Positions 47,070 to 56,532 are shown, counted from the stretch's first letter. The stretch is 64,000 nucleotides of DNA from an uncultured Mailhella sp. (GCF_963931295.1 NZ_OZ007001.1:1551137-1615136), one strand, 5' to 3'. Notes: generated by a model from the letters alone, not told the origin. Numbers and translations are program-made.

Positions 47070-49358
47070 ATGATTCGCTTCATCAAAAAACGCGATTCTC
47101 GAGTGGTTCCCTTTGACATCGCCAAGATAGATGAGGCGATCTTCCGAGCGGCGAAGGCTCAGGGCGGCACCGATCGCGCCATGTCCCGCAACCTCGCCGA
47201 TCAGGTGCTCGACATGCTCGAGGCCGAAGGCGGCGACACGCCCGACGTCGAACACGTGCAGGATCTCGTGGAAAAGGTGCTCATCGAAGCCGGTCATGCC
47301 CGCACCGCCAAGGCGTATATTCTCTACCGCAACGAACGCACCCGCGTGCGCGAAATGAAGACCAGACTCATGAACACGCTGAAGGATCTCTCCTTCACCG
47401 ACGCCAAGGAGCTGGACCTCAAACGCGAAAACGCCAACATCGACGGCGATACGCCCATGGGCACCATGCTGCGCTACGGCAGCGAGGCTGCCAAGGCCTT
47501 CTACAAGAACTATCTGCTCTCGCCCGAATACAGCCGCGCGCACGAGGAAGGCGACATTCACATTCACGACCTCGACTTCCTCTCCCTCACCACGACCTGC
47601 TGCCAGATCGACATCAAGAAGCTGTTCAACGGCGGTTTCAACACCGGTCACGGCTTCCTGCGCGAACCCAACAGCATTCAGTGCGCGAGCGCCCTCGCCT
47701 GCATCGCCATCCAGTCCAACCAGAACGATCAGCACGGCGGCCAGAGCATTCCGAACTTTGAATACGGTCTCGCTCCCGGCGTGGCCCGCAGCTTCATCAA
47801 GAACATCGACCTCGCCCTCGACATGCGCGACGCGCCCGAAGACTTCCGCAACGAAGTGAAGACCGCGCTGCGTTCCCGCGCCTTCCCCACGGGCGAATAC
47901 GCCTCCTTCCGGTCCATCCTCAACGAGGAAGGCCTCGACTTCGTGAAGCAGCAGCTCATGACCCGCCTTTCCGAAAAGGAAGCCGCCCACGTCATCGACA
48001 AGGCCCTCGCCAAGACCGACAAGGACACCTATCAGGCCATGGAAGGACTGATCCACAACCTGAACACCATGCACAGCCGCGCCGGCGCTCAGGTTCCCTT
48101 CAGCTCCATCAACTACGGCACCGACACCACGCCCGAAGGCCGCATGGTCATCAAGAACACCCTGCTGGCTGAAGACGCGGGTCTCGGCAACGGCGAAACG
48201 CCCATTTTCCCCATCCACATCTTCAAGGTGCGCGACGGCTACAGCTTCAACCCCGGCGATCCCAACTACGACCTGTTCAAGCTCGCCTGCCGCGTGTCCG
48301 CCAAGCGCCTGTTCCCCAACTTCTCCTTCATGGACGCGCCCTTCAACGCCCCCTATCTTAAGGGCGACGATCCCAACCATGAAGTCGCCTACATGGGCTG
48401 CCGCACCCGCGTCATGGCCAACCGCTACGACCCCGAACGCGAAACCACCTTCGGCCGCGGCAACCTCTCGTTCACGTCCATCAACCTGCCCCGCCTCGGC
48501 CTCAAGCACCGCGGCGACGTGGAAGGATTCTTCGAGGAACTCAACGAAAAGATCGATCTCGTCTTCGGTCAGCTTCTTGAGCGCCTCGAAATTCAGAGTC
48601 ACAAGCGCTGCCGCAACTATCCCTTCCTCATGGGACAGGGCATCTGGCTGGATTCCGAAAGCCTGGCCCCCGGCGACGAAGTGGGCGAAGTGCTCAAGCA
48701 CGGCACCCTGACCACCGGCTTCATCGGCCTCGCCGAATGCCTGAAGGCGCTCATCGGCGTGCATCACGGCGAATCCGAAGAAGCGCAGGAACTGGGCCTG
48801 CGCATCGTGCGCACCCTGCGCGAGCGCTCCGACGCCAAGGGCGAGGAAACCGGACTGAACTTCACCGTGATCGCCACCCCCGCCGAAGGCCTCGCCGGCC
48901 GCTTCGTCAAGTACGACCGCAAGCTCTTCGGCAGCATTCCCGGCATCACCGACAGGGACTACTACACCAACTCCTTCCACATTCCGGTGTACTTCCCCAT
49001 CAACGCGTTCAACAAGATACGTCTTGAAGCGCCGTACCACGCCCTGACCAACGGCGGCCACATCAGCTATGTGGAAGTGGACGGCGATCCGCTCAACAAC
49101 CTTGAGGCCTTTGAAGACATCGTCAAGGCCATGAAGGAAATGGGCATCGGCTACGGTTCCATCAACCATCCCGTCGACCGCGATCCCGTATGCGGCTATA
49201 CTGGAATCATCGGCGACGTCTGCCCCCGCTGCGGCAGACACGACGGCGAAGGCATTCCTCTTTCCGTTCTGAAACAGATCAAGGGCTATATCCGCGACAG
49301 CCGCACCAGCGACGAACGCAGCGAAGCCCATGACAAAATTCCGAATATCAAACTCTAA
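47070..49358 (+). CDS. nrdD: Anaerobic (class III) ribonucleoside-triphosphate reductase large subunit, with degenerate C-terminal glycyl-radical motif
   Basis: N-terminal ATP cone (KKRDSRVVPFD), IHIHDLD, TTTCCQID, QNDQHGGQ, YMGCRTR, ATPAEGL, YYTNSFH, CG...CPRCG; ends QIKGY... instead of RITGY. Confidence 0.93.
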   Translation: MIRFIKKRDSRVVPFDIAKIDEAIFRAAKAQGGTDRAMSRNLADQVLDMLEAEGGDTPDVEHVQDLVEKVLIEAGHARTAKAYILYRNERTRVREMKTRLMNTLKDLSFTDAKELDLKRENANIDGDTPMGTMLRYGSEAAKAFYKNYLLSPEYSRAHEEGDIHIHDLDFLSLTTTCCQIDIKKLFNGGFNTGHGFLREPNSIQCASALACIAIQSNQNDQHGGQSIPNFEYGLAPGVARSFIKNIDLALDMRDAPEDFRNEVKTALRSRAFPTGEYASFRSILNEEGLDFVKQQLMTRLSEKEAAHVIDKALAKTDKDTYQAMEGLIHNLNTMHSRAGAQVPFSSINYGTDTTPEGRMVIKNTLLAEDAGLGNGETPIFPIHIFKVRDGYSFNPGDPNYDLFKLACRVSAKRLFPNFSFMDAPFNAPYLKGDDPNHEVAYMGCRTRVMANRYDPERETTFGRGNLSFTSINLPRLGLKHRGDVEGFFEELNEKIDLVFGQLLERLEIQSHKRCRNYPFLMGQGIWLDSESLAPGDEVGEVLKHGTLTTGFIGLAECLKALIGVHHGESEEAQELGLRIVRTLRERSDAKGEETGLNFTVIATPAEGLAGRFVKYDRKLFGSIPGITDRDYYTNSFHIPVYFPINAFNKIRLEAPYHALTNGGHISYVEVDGDPLNNLEAFEDIVKAMKEMGIGYGSINHPVDRDPVCGYTGIIGDVCPRCGRHDGEGIPLSVLKQIKGYIRDSRTSDERSEAHDKIPNIKL

Positions 49359-49369
49359 GGAGCGTTCTC

Positions 49370-49555
49370 ATGATCCATTGCAAGTCCGATGTGGCTGCCA
49401 CCACCGATCAGATTCTCGTCGGTTCCAATGTCAAGTTCGAGCGTATCCGCCGCATCACCGGTTACCTCGTAGGTACTCTCGACCGCTTCAACGACGGCAA
49501 GGCCGCGGAAGAGCGTGATCGCGTCAAGCACTGCAGCATGGACAATTGGAAGTAA
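49370..49555 (+). CDS. Stand-alone NrdD glycyl-radical domain peptide (61 aa)
   Basis: FERIRRITGYLVG...AEERDRVKH; own RBS (TAAGGAG overlapping the nrdD stop codon). Confidence 0.88.
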   Translation: MIHCKSDVAATTDQILVGSNVKFERIRRITGYLVGTLDRFNDGKAAEERDRVKHCSMDNWK

Positions 49556-49581
49556 TCCGGTCCTGCGGCTGAAAAACATGC

Positions 49582-49613
49582 GGGACGGGCCTTTTGGGGC
49601 CCGTCCCTTTTTT
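49582..49613 (+). terminator. Terminator after nrdD + peptide
   Basis: GGGACGGGCC / GGCCCGTCCC-T6. Confidence 0.85.
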
Positions 49614-50397
49614 CATGCCCAAAGCGTGAGGAGCTCTCGCCGCCTTTCCAAAAAAGCGCCCGGGGCTGAGCCCTGCCGCGGCGCAGGAGCCTCGCTCCGG
49701 CGCGGATTCCCCGGTTCCTCAGGATTTCCCCGGAGCTCCACGGATCTCCACGGGGCCGCACGCGCCGCCTGAGGCGCAGAATGATCCGGCCCGACTTCCT
49801 GATGAAAAAAGCGAATACTGTGCCGCAAACGGGCCCGTGAGCGCGGAAAACAGCTATACCGGCCCCCCCGGCAAAACACACGGACAGCCCTGTTCGCGGA
49901 AAATCCGCCCGCCGCTCCGCCAGACGCCCCGTCTTCTCCCCCTCGTCCGACATTTCAAGCACAGCGGGCTGAATTTTTCGTCACACGGGGGCACTGTCCG
50001 TCGCATGCGCAAAACACCTCTCTCCGTCCGACAGCCCAGGCACGGCAGGCTGCGCTTTTTTGCGCCGCGCCTCTCTCTCCGTCTGCCACTCCAGAGCAGC
50101 GGACTGCACCTTCCGTCATGTTCCGCCAGAGGTCTGCTCATCTGCCGAAGTCCCTCCCGTATCGCCGGCTCCGACAGTTGAGGCTCCGCCCCTCTCCGCG
50201 CTGCCCCGAGCCCGCCTGTGCGTCCATTCCGCGTCCCAGAGGCCTGATGCCTTCGCAGGCAAAGCCGTCAAAAACACCTTTGCGCCGAACAAAAGCGTCC
50301 GCCCCGCGGACAAAAGCCCATGAAAAAACGCGGAGAAAAGCCGCCCACAAAAGGGAGACTCTTCCCCGCGCCATGCGTCAAAAGGCGTCAAAAATGC

Positions 50398-50928
50398 CTA
50401 GCGCTCGATAGGCCCGTTCAGCGCGTCCAGCACGGGCGTCCAGCCGGCGTCTCTGGACGCGGCCAGATTCAGAATGCGCTGATTGCGCGAGCCGCGGAAA
50501 CGCAGCTCCAGCGATTTTTCCTCCTCAATGAACGGTCCGTCCACAAGAAGATCCAGAAGGGAAAGCAATTCGCGACAGCCGGGCTTCGGCAGAAGCTGCT
50601 CGAAGGTGTAGCCGCTGAACGCCATGAGATGATAGCCGCGCCGCTTCAGTTCGGCGGCCAGAGGCAGCAGCGCCTGCGCCTGCTCAAAGGGCTCGCCGCC
50701 GCTGAAGGTGATGCCGTGAACCAGGGGATCGCCCTGAATGCGGGCCAGAACGTCCTCAGCCGAAACCAGCGTGCCTCCGTTGAAGTCCCAGGTCTGGGGA
50801 TTCTGGCAGCCTTTGCAGTGCGTGCGGCAGCCCTGAAGAAAAAGCACGAAGCGGAGCCCCGGTCCATCGACGATGGACTCCTCGATGACGCCAGCCACGC
50901 GCAGCATGATGTCCTTCAGAGCGTCCAT
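50398..50928 (-). CDS. nrdG: Anaerobic ribonucleotide reductase activating protein
   Basis: SIVDGPGLRFVLFLQGCRTHCKGCQN, ITFSGGEPF, LVDGPF, FRGSRNQR. Confidence 0.95.
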   Translation of the reverse strand: MDALKDIMLRVAGVIEESIVDGPGLRFVLFLQGCRTHCKGCQNPQTWDFNGGTLVSAEDVLARIQGDPLVHGITFSGGEPFEQAQALLPLAAELKRRGYHLMAFSGYTFEQLLPKPGCRELLSLLDLLVDGPFIEEEKSLELRFRGSRNQRILNLAASRDAGWTPVLDALNGPIER

Positions 50929-50929
50929 G

Positions 50930-51826
50930 TTATTCCTTGTTCGGTTCGGGAATGACGCTTTCTTCCGTTGCCGGAGCCACCTTGCCTTCGGTGTCGTCCA
51001 CGCGGCCCTGCATCCAGAAGATCATGTCCACGTCGTCGCCTTCCTTGGGCTCGTAGCCCTTGTAGCAGATGCGCTCGGGCGCGTAGATGATGGCATAGAC
51101 CGGCTTTTCGGGATTGCCGAATCCCACGCCGAAACGATAAATCTTCATCTGCGACTTTTCCGGCCCGAACATGAAGCTGTCCACATCAAAGATTCTGGCG
51201 CGGCACTGATACTCGCAGCAGTGATCGGTGATGTCGATGATCGTTTTTCCCTTGAGCGGTATCTTGAGCGCGGGCACGTCGAGACGGGTCTTGTCGGGAT
51301 GCTGCTTCATCCATTCCAGTGCGTGCTTTTCATAGGCGGGGCCCTGGGTCACGGTCAGTTCGTCGAGAAGGGCGCGGCGAATGCCGTAGCACAGGCCGGA
51401 AAGGAGAAAGTTGAAGCTCTTGTCCTTCACATCTCCGGCTCCGTCGCGGAAAAACAGCGGAGCGTAAAACCAGAACGGCGGAAAATCGTCGGTTCCGGCA
51501 AGAATTTCGCCGGCGTGCTCGCCCTTCCAGGGATAGACGTCCCTGACGGTGAGCGTGTTGGAGAAGCCTTCCATGAGAGGAGCCACGGCCACGGCGGAGA
51601 GCTTGCCGTCCGGCTTGCCCGCCATGAGCACCGACGAGCGCAGAAGCGACTCGCTCGGCCAGGCCATGAGCATACGCTCCACCTGTTCGTCCTTCATGCC
51701 CCACACGGGGCGGCTGCCGCCGAGTTCCAGAGTGGTGGCCATCACGCCGACAACCTGCCTGGCATCAACTCCGAGGACAAACCACTTGTCCCCCATGCTT
51801 TCAATATGCTGCATATGACTTTCCAT
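50930..51826 (-). CDS. Hypothetical protein, 1 bp upstream of nrdG
   Basis: 298-aa ORF with typical GC3 bias; no motif recognised. Confidence 0.7.
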   Translation of the reverse strand: MESHMQHIESMGDKWFVLGVDARQVVGVMATTLELGGSRPVWGMKDEQVERMLMAWPSESLLRSSVLMAGKPDGKLSAVAVAPLMEGFSNTLTVRDVYPWKGEHAGEILAGTDDFPPFWFYAPLFFRDGAGDVKDKSFNFLLSGLCYGIRRALLDELTVTQGPAYEKHALEWMKQHPDKTRLDVPALKIPLKGKTIIDITDHCCEYQCRARIFDVDSFMFGPEKSQMKIYRFGVGFGNPEKPVYAIIYAPERICYKGYEPKEGDDVDMIFWMQGRVDDTEGKVAPATEESVIPEPNKE

Positions 51827-51924
51827 GGTAATTGAGATTCCGACGCGCTTTCCCTGCCGGAAAACGACGTCGGAGGAGAGAATAGCACAGGGGACGCCGG
51901 CAGAACAATAGAAACCTGCCCCCT

Positions 51925-51960
51925 AAAAAAAATGCCGAAGGCAATCGCCTGCGGCATTTT
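51925..51960 (-). terminator. Terminator after YeiH operon
   Basis: A8-TGCCG ... CGGCA-T4 hairpin. Confidence 0.65.
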
Positions 51961-51983
51961 ACATTTTCCGAACAGGAAAAAAA

Positions 51984-52253
51984 CTACAAGGAAGAGGCCC
52001 GAAGCTCTATAGCCTTCTGCACAGCCTCGCGGGAGGCCATTTCGCTCTCAAGCGATACAGGCACGTCCGTATAGTAAATGGCTCCCGCCGAGATGTCGAA
52101 CCTGGCCTGCTGATCCCTCGAATGCCGGAGTGGGGGCACCACGTCGTACACCCAGGGGAGAAATTCCCCCAGAAACAGCCATGTGACAATGCTGAGCGCC
52201 ACAAGCTTGAGCCATGCGACTTTTCTGCTGGAAGAAGAGGAGAGAGAAATCAT
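51984..52253 (-). CDS. Small membrane protein downstream of YeiH transporter
   Basis: One TM (VAWLKLVALSIVTWLFLGEFLPW) followed by GAIYYTDVP; start uncertain (52253 or 52277). Confidence 0.6.
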   Translation of the reverse strand: MISLSSSSSRKVAWLKLVALSIVTWLFLGEFLPWVYDVVPPLRHSRDQQARFDISAGAIYYTDVPVSLESEMASREAVQKAIELRASSL

Positions 52254-52315
52254 TTTCAAGAAATCCAGTGTCCGCACCGTCTTTCGACGGTGCGGACCGA
52301 GTTCAACGGTTCAGG

Positions 52316-54022
52316 TTAGATGCTGGCGGTGATTTCCGGGAACACCTTGTAGAACATGATCCAGGCCATCAGCAGGGTCAGAGCCAGGTTGAAGGACTGA
52401 CCGCAGACGTACAGGATGATGGGCTTGCCGCCCTTGAAGTAGCCGGCGAGTTCCTTGAAGTTGGTGGCCAGACCGATGGAGATGAAGGCCAGGGCGAAGA
52501 ACCAGCCGCGCAGAGGCACGGTGATCTTGTTGGTGCCGTTGGAGATCAGGGCGTTGCCGAGATCAGCGCCGAGGTTGCCGGCGATGGTGGACAGCACGAT
52601 GGAGGCAGCGAGGAAGCCGATGACGAACTTGGGGAAGCGGTTCCAGATTTCCATGGGACCGACCTTCGTGCCTTCTTCATGGGCTTCGACCTTGGTGGCG
52701 AAGTAGATGGCCACGCAGAAGGCGCTCACGCCGATGAGCACGTTCTGGATCATCTTGATGGTAGCGGCGACCTGCAGAGCCTTGGGACCGATGAAGGCGC
52801 CAGCGGCGGCCACGGAGCCCGTGGCGTCGATGGTGCCGCCGATCCAGGCGCCGCCGAGCACTTCAGGCATGCCCACGGCCTTGATGAAGGCAGGCATGGC
52901 GATCATCATGATGGCGGTGAACACCATGGAGAGGCCGACGGAGAGGGTCAGTTCTTCCTTCTTGGCGCGGCAGGCGGCGGCCACGGCGATGGCGGCGGAG
53001 GTGCCGCACACGGACATGTCGGCCGAAATGGTGATGTTCAGGGTCTTGGAGGGCATCTTCAGCACGGTCTGGCCGAAGATGTAGGTGGAGATGAGCACGA
53101 TGGGCGTCACCACCCAAGCCACGAAGATGCCGGGGATGCCGATGGCGAGAATCTTGTTGAAGAGCACTTCGGCGCCGAGCAGCACGAGGCCGGCCTTGAT
53201 GAAGTATTCCACCTGCACGGCGGGCTTCATCCACTTGGGCGTGCCGATGGTGTTGGCCACCACCATGCCGACGATGATGGACCAGATTTCGGCGTTGAGG
53301 CCGTAGGTGGCCGTGGGCTTGTAGCCGCCGAGGAAGTTCGCGAACACGCACAGCACGTACACGCCGATGAAGCCGATGAAGTACTGAACGACGTTGGCGC
53401 CCATGACGCCCATGCCGACGGCGGTGATCACGCCCAGGCTGATGCCGAGAATGATGAGGCTGGGAATGAGGTTGGTGTCGGAACCGATCTTGGCCTTGGC
53501 CTTGGAAGCGGCGCTGTCGGCCTTCTGCCAGTCGGCGATGGCGGTTTCGGCAACCTTGTTCAGGTCGGCGTTCTGGAAGGAGGCGGCGGAAGCGGCGTCC
53601 TGCGCGGCCTTGGCGACGGTGAGAGCTTCGGCGGCAGCCTTGGCGGCGGCTTCAGCGGCGGGCTTGGCCGATTCGTCCGCGTGCGTCACGAAGGAGTTCA
53701 TCGGATTGCCGGACCACTTGGCGGGAGTCTTGAGGTAGCCGATGATGGTCTTGGCGGCGGGCAGCTTGTTGCCGGCCACGGCCTTCTTGCCGGCCTGGGC
53801 CTGAATCAGTTCGATGGTTTTGATGGGCTTGGCCTTCTCAGCGGCGATGACAGCGTCGTACTTGCTGAGCTGGGCTTCGATGTCGGCACGGCCGTTCATC
53901 ATGATGAGACCGGAAATGATCAGGATGAAGAAACCGATCCAGATCGCCCAATAGTCTTCCTTCAGCCAGAGGTCAGACCATTTTGCACGGCCATCGTCAA
54001 CGACTATGTTCTCATTAGCCAT
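52316..54022 (-). CDS. YeiH family (PSE, putative sulfate exporter) membrane protein
   Basis: EDYWAIW N-term; YFIKAGLVLLG, SVCGTSAAIA, AWIGGTIDATGSVAAAG, FPKFVIGF. Confidence 0.85.
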   Translation of the reverse strand: MANENIVVDDGRAKWSDLWLKEDYWAIWIGFFILIISGLIMMNGRADIEAQLSKYDAVIAAEKAKPIKTIELIQAQAGKKAVAGNKLPAAKTIIGYLKTPAKWSGNPMNSFVTHADESAKPAAEAAAKAAAEALTVAKAAQDAASAASFQNADLNKVAETAIADWQKADSAASKAKAKIGSDTNLIPSLIILGISLGVITAVGMGVMGANVVQYFIGFIGVYVLCVFANFLGGYKPTATYGLNAEIWSIIVGMVVANTIGTPKWMKPAVQVEYFIKAGLVLLGAEVLFNKILAIGIPGIFVAWVVTPIVLISTYIFGQTVLKMPSKTLNITISADMSVCGTSAAIAVAAACRAKKEELTLSVGLSMVFTAIMMIAMPAFIKAVGMPEVLGGAWIGGTIDATGSVAAAGAFIGPKALQVAATIKMIQNVLIGVSAFCVAIYFATKVEAHEEGTKVGPMEIWNRFPKFVIGFLAASIVLSTIAGNLGADLGNALISNGTNKITVPLRGWFFALAFISIGLATNFKELAGYFKGGKPIILYVCGQSFNLALTLLMAWIMFYKVFPEITASI

Positions 54023-54262
54023 AAAAAGTCCCCTGCTTAAAAAATTAGAAACAAACTCTCCTCAGGCCCATTTGTACCTTCAATAACAAACTCATGCCCC
54101 ATTGACAAGTATTTGTCTGATAGTTGCCGCTTTTCCTGCAAAGAACTCATGCGCACACTGTGCGTCTTCGTCACGAGCCCGACATAAAAAAACCGGCGAC
54201 AAAGCCCTGTTATGCAGACTTTGCGCCGGTAGGAAGGCGGCTTGCCGCCCCGAAAAAAATTA

Positions 54263-54922
54263 TTACGCAGATTCGCCGGAAGACTTTTCTTCCGCCTTCT
54301 CGCAGGCCTCCGTGAGAAGCTTCCAGTAGTCGTCGGCGACATCGTAACCGAATTCACACGCTTTTTCCGCGTATTCCTTGGCCTTTTCCACTTCGCCGAG
54401 CTCAAAGCAGGCCAGCGAGAGGTTGTTCCACGCGGGAGCGAAGGAGGGTTCCTGCTGAATGACCATGCGGCTCATTTCGGCGCTTTTTTCGTATTCGCCC
54501 TTCATGTACAGGGCGGAAGCGAAGGTGGCGCGGGCCTGCAGATACTTGGGATCCCAGGTCAGGGCCTTGTGCAGGGCGGCAATGGCCTCGTCCACTTCGC
54601 CCTTCTGCAGATGCACGAAGCCGATGTTGCCCCAGGCGACCGGGAACTTGGCACGGCACTGGGCCGCTTCCTTGTTGTACTGCATGCAGCCGTCGAGATC
54701 GCCGCGGCGCAGGCAGAGTCCGCCGAGCTGCACGAACGCTTCGGCCATGTGACCGGAGTTGCGAACGGCGTTCAGAAAGCATTCCTCAGCCTCGGCGTAG
54801 TCGCCGAGAGAGAGCATGGCCACCCCGAGATTGTAGTGGTGGATGGCGCACTTGGGATCCTTTTCGATTTCTGCCTGAAGATCGTGAATATATTCGTGAA
54901 TATCGGTATAACGGTCTTTCAT
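54263..54922 (-). CDS. Tetratricopeptide repeat protein
   Basis: Repeated HYNLGVA, AWGNIG, AWNNLSLA TPR units. Confidence 0.9.
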   Translation of the reverse strand: MKDRYTDIHEYIHDLQAEIEKDPKCAIHHYNLGVAMLSLGDYAEAEECFLNAVRNSGHMAEAFVQLGGLCLRRGDLDGCMQYNKEAAQCRAKFPVAWGNIGFVHLQKGEVDEAIAALHKALTWDPKYLQARATFASALYMKGEYEKSAEMSRMVIQQEPSFAPAWNNLSLACFELGEVEKAKEYAEKACEFGYDVADDYWKLLTEACEKAEEKSSGESA

Positions 54923-55323
54923 TGCACGTGACCTTCCTTCTTTAGGAGTTCATGGTACCAGGCGGCGAATTCATAGGCGCCGAGGAACTTGTCCTGCTTG
55001 TTCACCACGCCTATGGCGGCTTCCATGGCGCCCTGAATGAACGCTTCGCTGGAGTCTTCCGCTTCGCCGGAAAGCTGCGCCTCGCATTTCTTGGCGCGCA
55101 TAAATTCCTTCATGAGCTGCTGCGCCGTGCGCTTGGTGACGTCGGTGCGAATTTCCACAGGATCGTTGGGCTCGGGGAAAGGATCCCACTTGTCGTAGCC
55201 TATGCGGTCGATGAACTTGCGCCGACGGGGCGAGATTCTCTCGTACAGCTCGCGCTTGAGCTTTTCCTCTTCGGCGGTAAGCTCGCGGGGCTTTTCGCTG
55301 CGCAGAATGGAAGCAATGGACAT
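54919..55323 (-). CDS. Conserved-looking hypothetical protein
   Basis: 134 aa; overlaps TPR start (ATGA-type coupling); GYDKWDPFPEPNDP segment. Confidence 0.7.
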   Translation of the reverse strand: MSIASILRSEKPRELTAEEEKLKRELYERISPRRRKFIDRIGYDKWDPFPEPNDPVEIRTDVTKRTAQQLMKEFMRAKKCEAQLSGEAEDSSEAFIQGAMEAAIGVVNKQDKFLGAYEFAAWYHELLKKEGHVQ

Positions 55324-55325
55324 GG

Positions 55326-55997
55326 CTACTCCTTGGGAATGGGACCGACGCCGAGATAGGCGTCATCGTACTTGGTGATGAGCGCCATGGACACCGGAAC
55401 GTACACGCGGTGCAGTTCGCGGAAGCGGGAGCCTATGGCCGCGCCGATGCGGCGGCTCATGTCGGCCAGACGATCCTGAATGCGGTCGAGAGCCACGGTG
55501 GGGTAGGCCTGTCCTTTTTTGAAGCGGCATTCTCCACACACATGCGCCTTGCCGTGTATGGAGGTGGAAATGCCGTAGAGCCGGCAGGTGATGGGCCGGT
55601 GCTCATAAAGCAGGCAGGTGTCGTCGAGTCCGAGAAGAGGGCAGCGCACCCGTTCTTTGGCGGCTTCCACCATGATTTCTTCGTCGGACATGCCCTGTCT
55701 GGCCTGCTGGAAATAGTGATGCTTCAGCCGGGCAAGCTGCCGGTCGGCGTCGCCCGCGGCCTGAAGCACGGCGGAACGACGAATGCCGAAGTCAAATTCC
55801 TTGTTGAACGCCCGGTTCAGCGCCATGGCCTCCACAAGGGAAAGATCGAAGGCCGCATGGCAGCAGCTGCTGCAGCCCGAGGCGCAGGCCACCTCTTCAG
55901 GATACTGGTTCTTCACTCGCTCGAAAAGCTGATCGGCCTGCGCGGCAAGCTGTTCATATTCCTGAAAAATAGCGTCCAATTCCGGGTTGGTCATCAT
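55326..55997 (-). CDS. YkgJ family cysteine-cluster (putative Fe-S/Zn chelating) protein
   Basis: CASGCSSCCH, RCPLL...CLLYEHRPITCRLYG, CGEC. Confidence 0.85.
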   Translation of the reverse strand: MMTNPELDAIFQEYEQLAAQADQLFERVKNQYPEEVACASGCSSCCHAAFDLSLVEAMALNRAFNKEFDFGIRRSAVLQAAGDADRQLARLKHHYFQQARQGMSDEEIMVEAAKERVRCPLLGLDDTCLLYEHRPITCRLYGISTSIHGKAHVCGECRFKKGQAYPTVALDRIQDRLADMSRRIGAAIGSRFRELHRVYVPVSMALITKYDDAYLGVGPIPKE

Positions 55998-56190
55998 AGT
56001 TCCCACTGAAAAACGGTTAAAAAACCGCCGGATGAGCAACGCCCATCCGGCGGCAACAGGCTCACATGGGCCGCTGCAGGGCAGCGGTTCAGTCAGCGTT
56101 GCGGATGACTCCGATCATCCGCCGGCCTTCGGCGCAAGCGCGTCGGGCCCGGACGGCCTGAGCCGCCCTCGCCGAGGAATTCCTCAGGCG

Positions 56191-56379
56191 TTAGTCTTCT
56201 TCGATGGTGATGGCGTCGTGTTCGCAAACGCCGGTGCAGGATTCGCAGCCCAGGCATTCTTCAGCGTTCACGGGATCGCTCTTGCCGTCGTGCATTTCCC
56301 AAACGGAAACGGGGCAGATGTCCACGCACTGGCCGCAGCCGACGCACTTGTCCGCATCAAAAGTAATCTTGTAGCCCAT
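56191..56379 (-). CDS. Ferredoxin (2x[4Fe-4S] type, 62 aa)
   Basis: CVGCGQCVDICP and CLGCESCTGVCE; GGAGG RBS. Confidence 0.93.
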   Translation of the reverse strand: MGYKITFDADKCVGCGQCVDICPVSVWEMHDGKSDPVNAEECLGCESCTGVCEHDAITIEED

Positions 56380-56532
56380 AACAGCCTCCAGTGTTCGGCC
56401 GAACAAAGTTCGGCGCAAGTTAATAATTCCGAGTTGAGCGGATACGCCGTCCGGAGTATCCGATGCATGAGGGATAGCCTGTGCGACACACGCTGTCAAG
56501 CGGCATCTCCTCAAAACGCCGGGTCTTCCGGC

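Noticed and set aside
49340-49375. nrdD split as frameshift or pseudogene
   Set aside because: The small ORF has its own RBS, ATG and N-terminal extension, and the large ORF already has a full-length degenerate tail, so joining them would duplicate the domain.
54080-54135. Sigma-54 promoter for YeiH
   Set aside because: The best match GGGCATGAGTTTGTT has wrong spacing and lacks the -12 GC.
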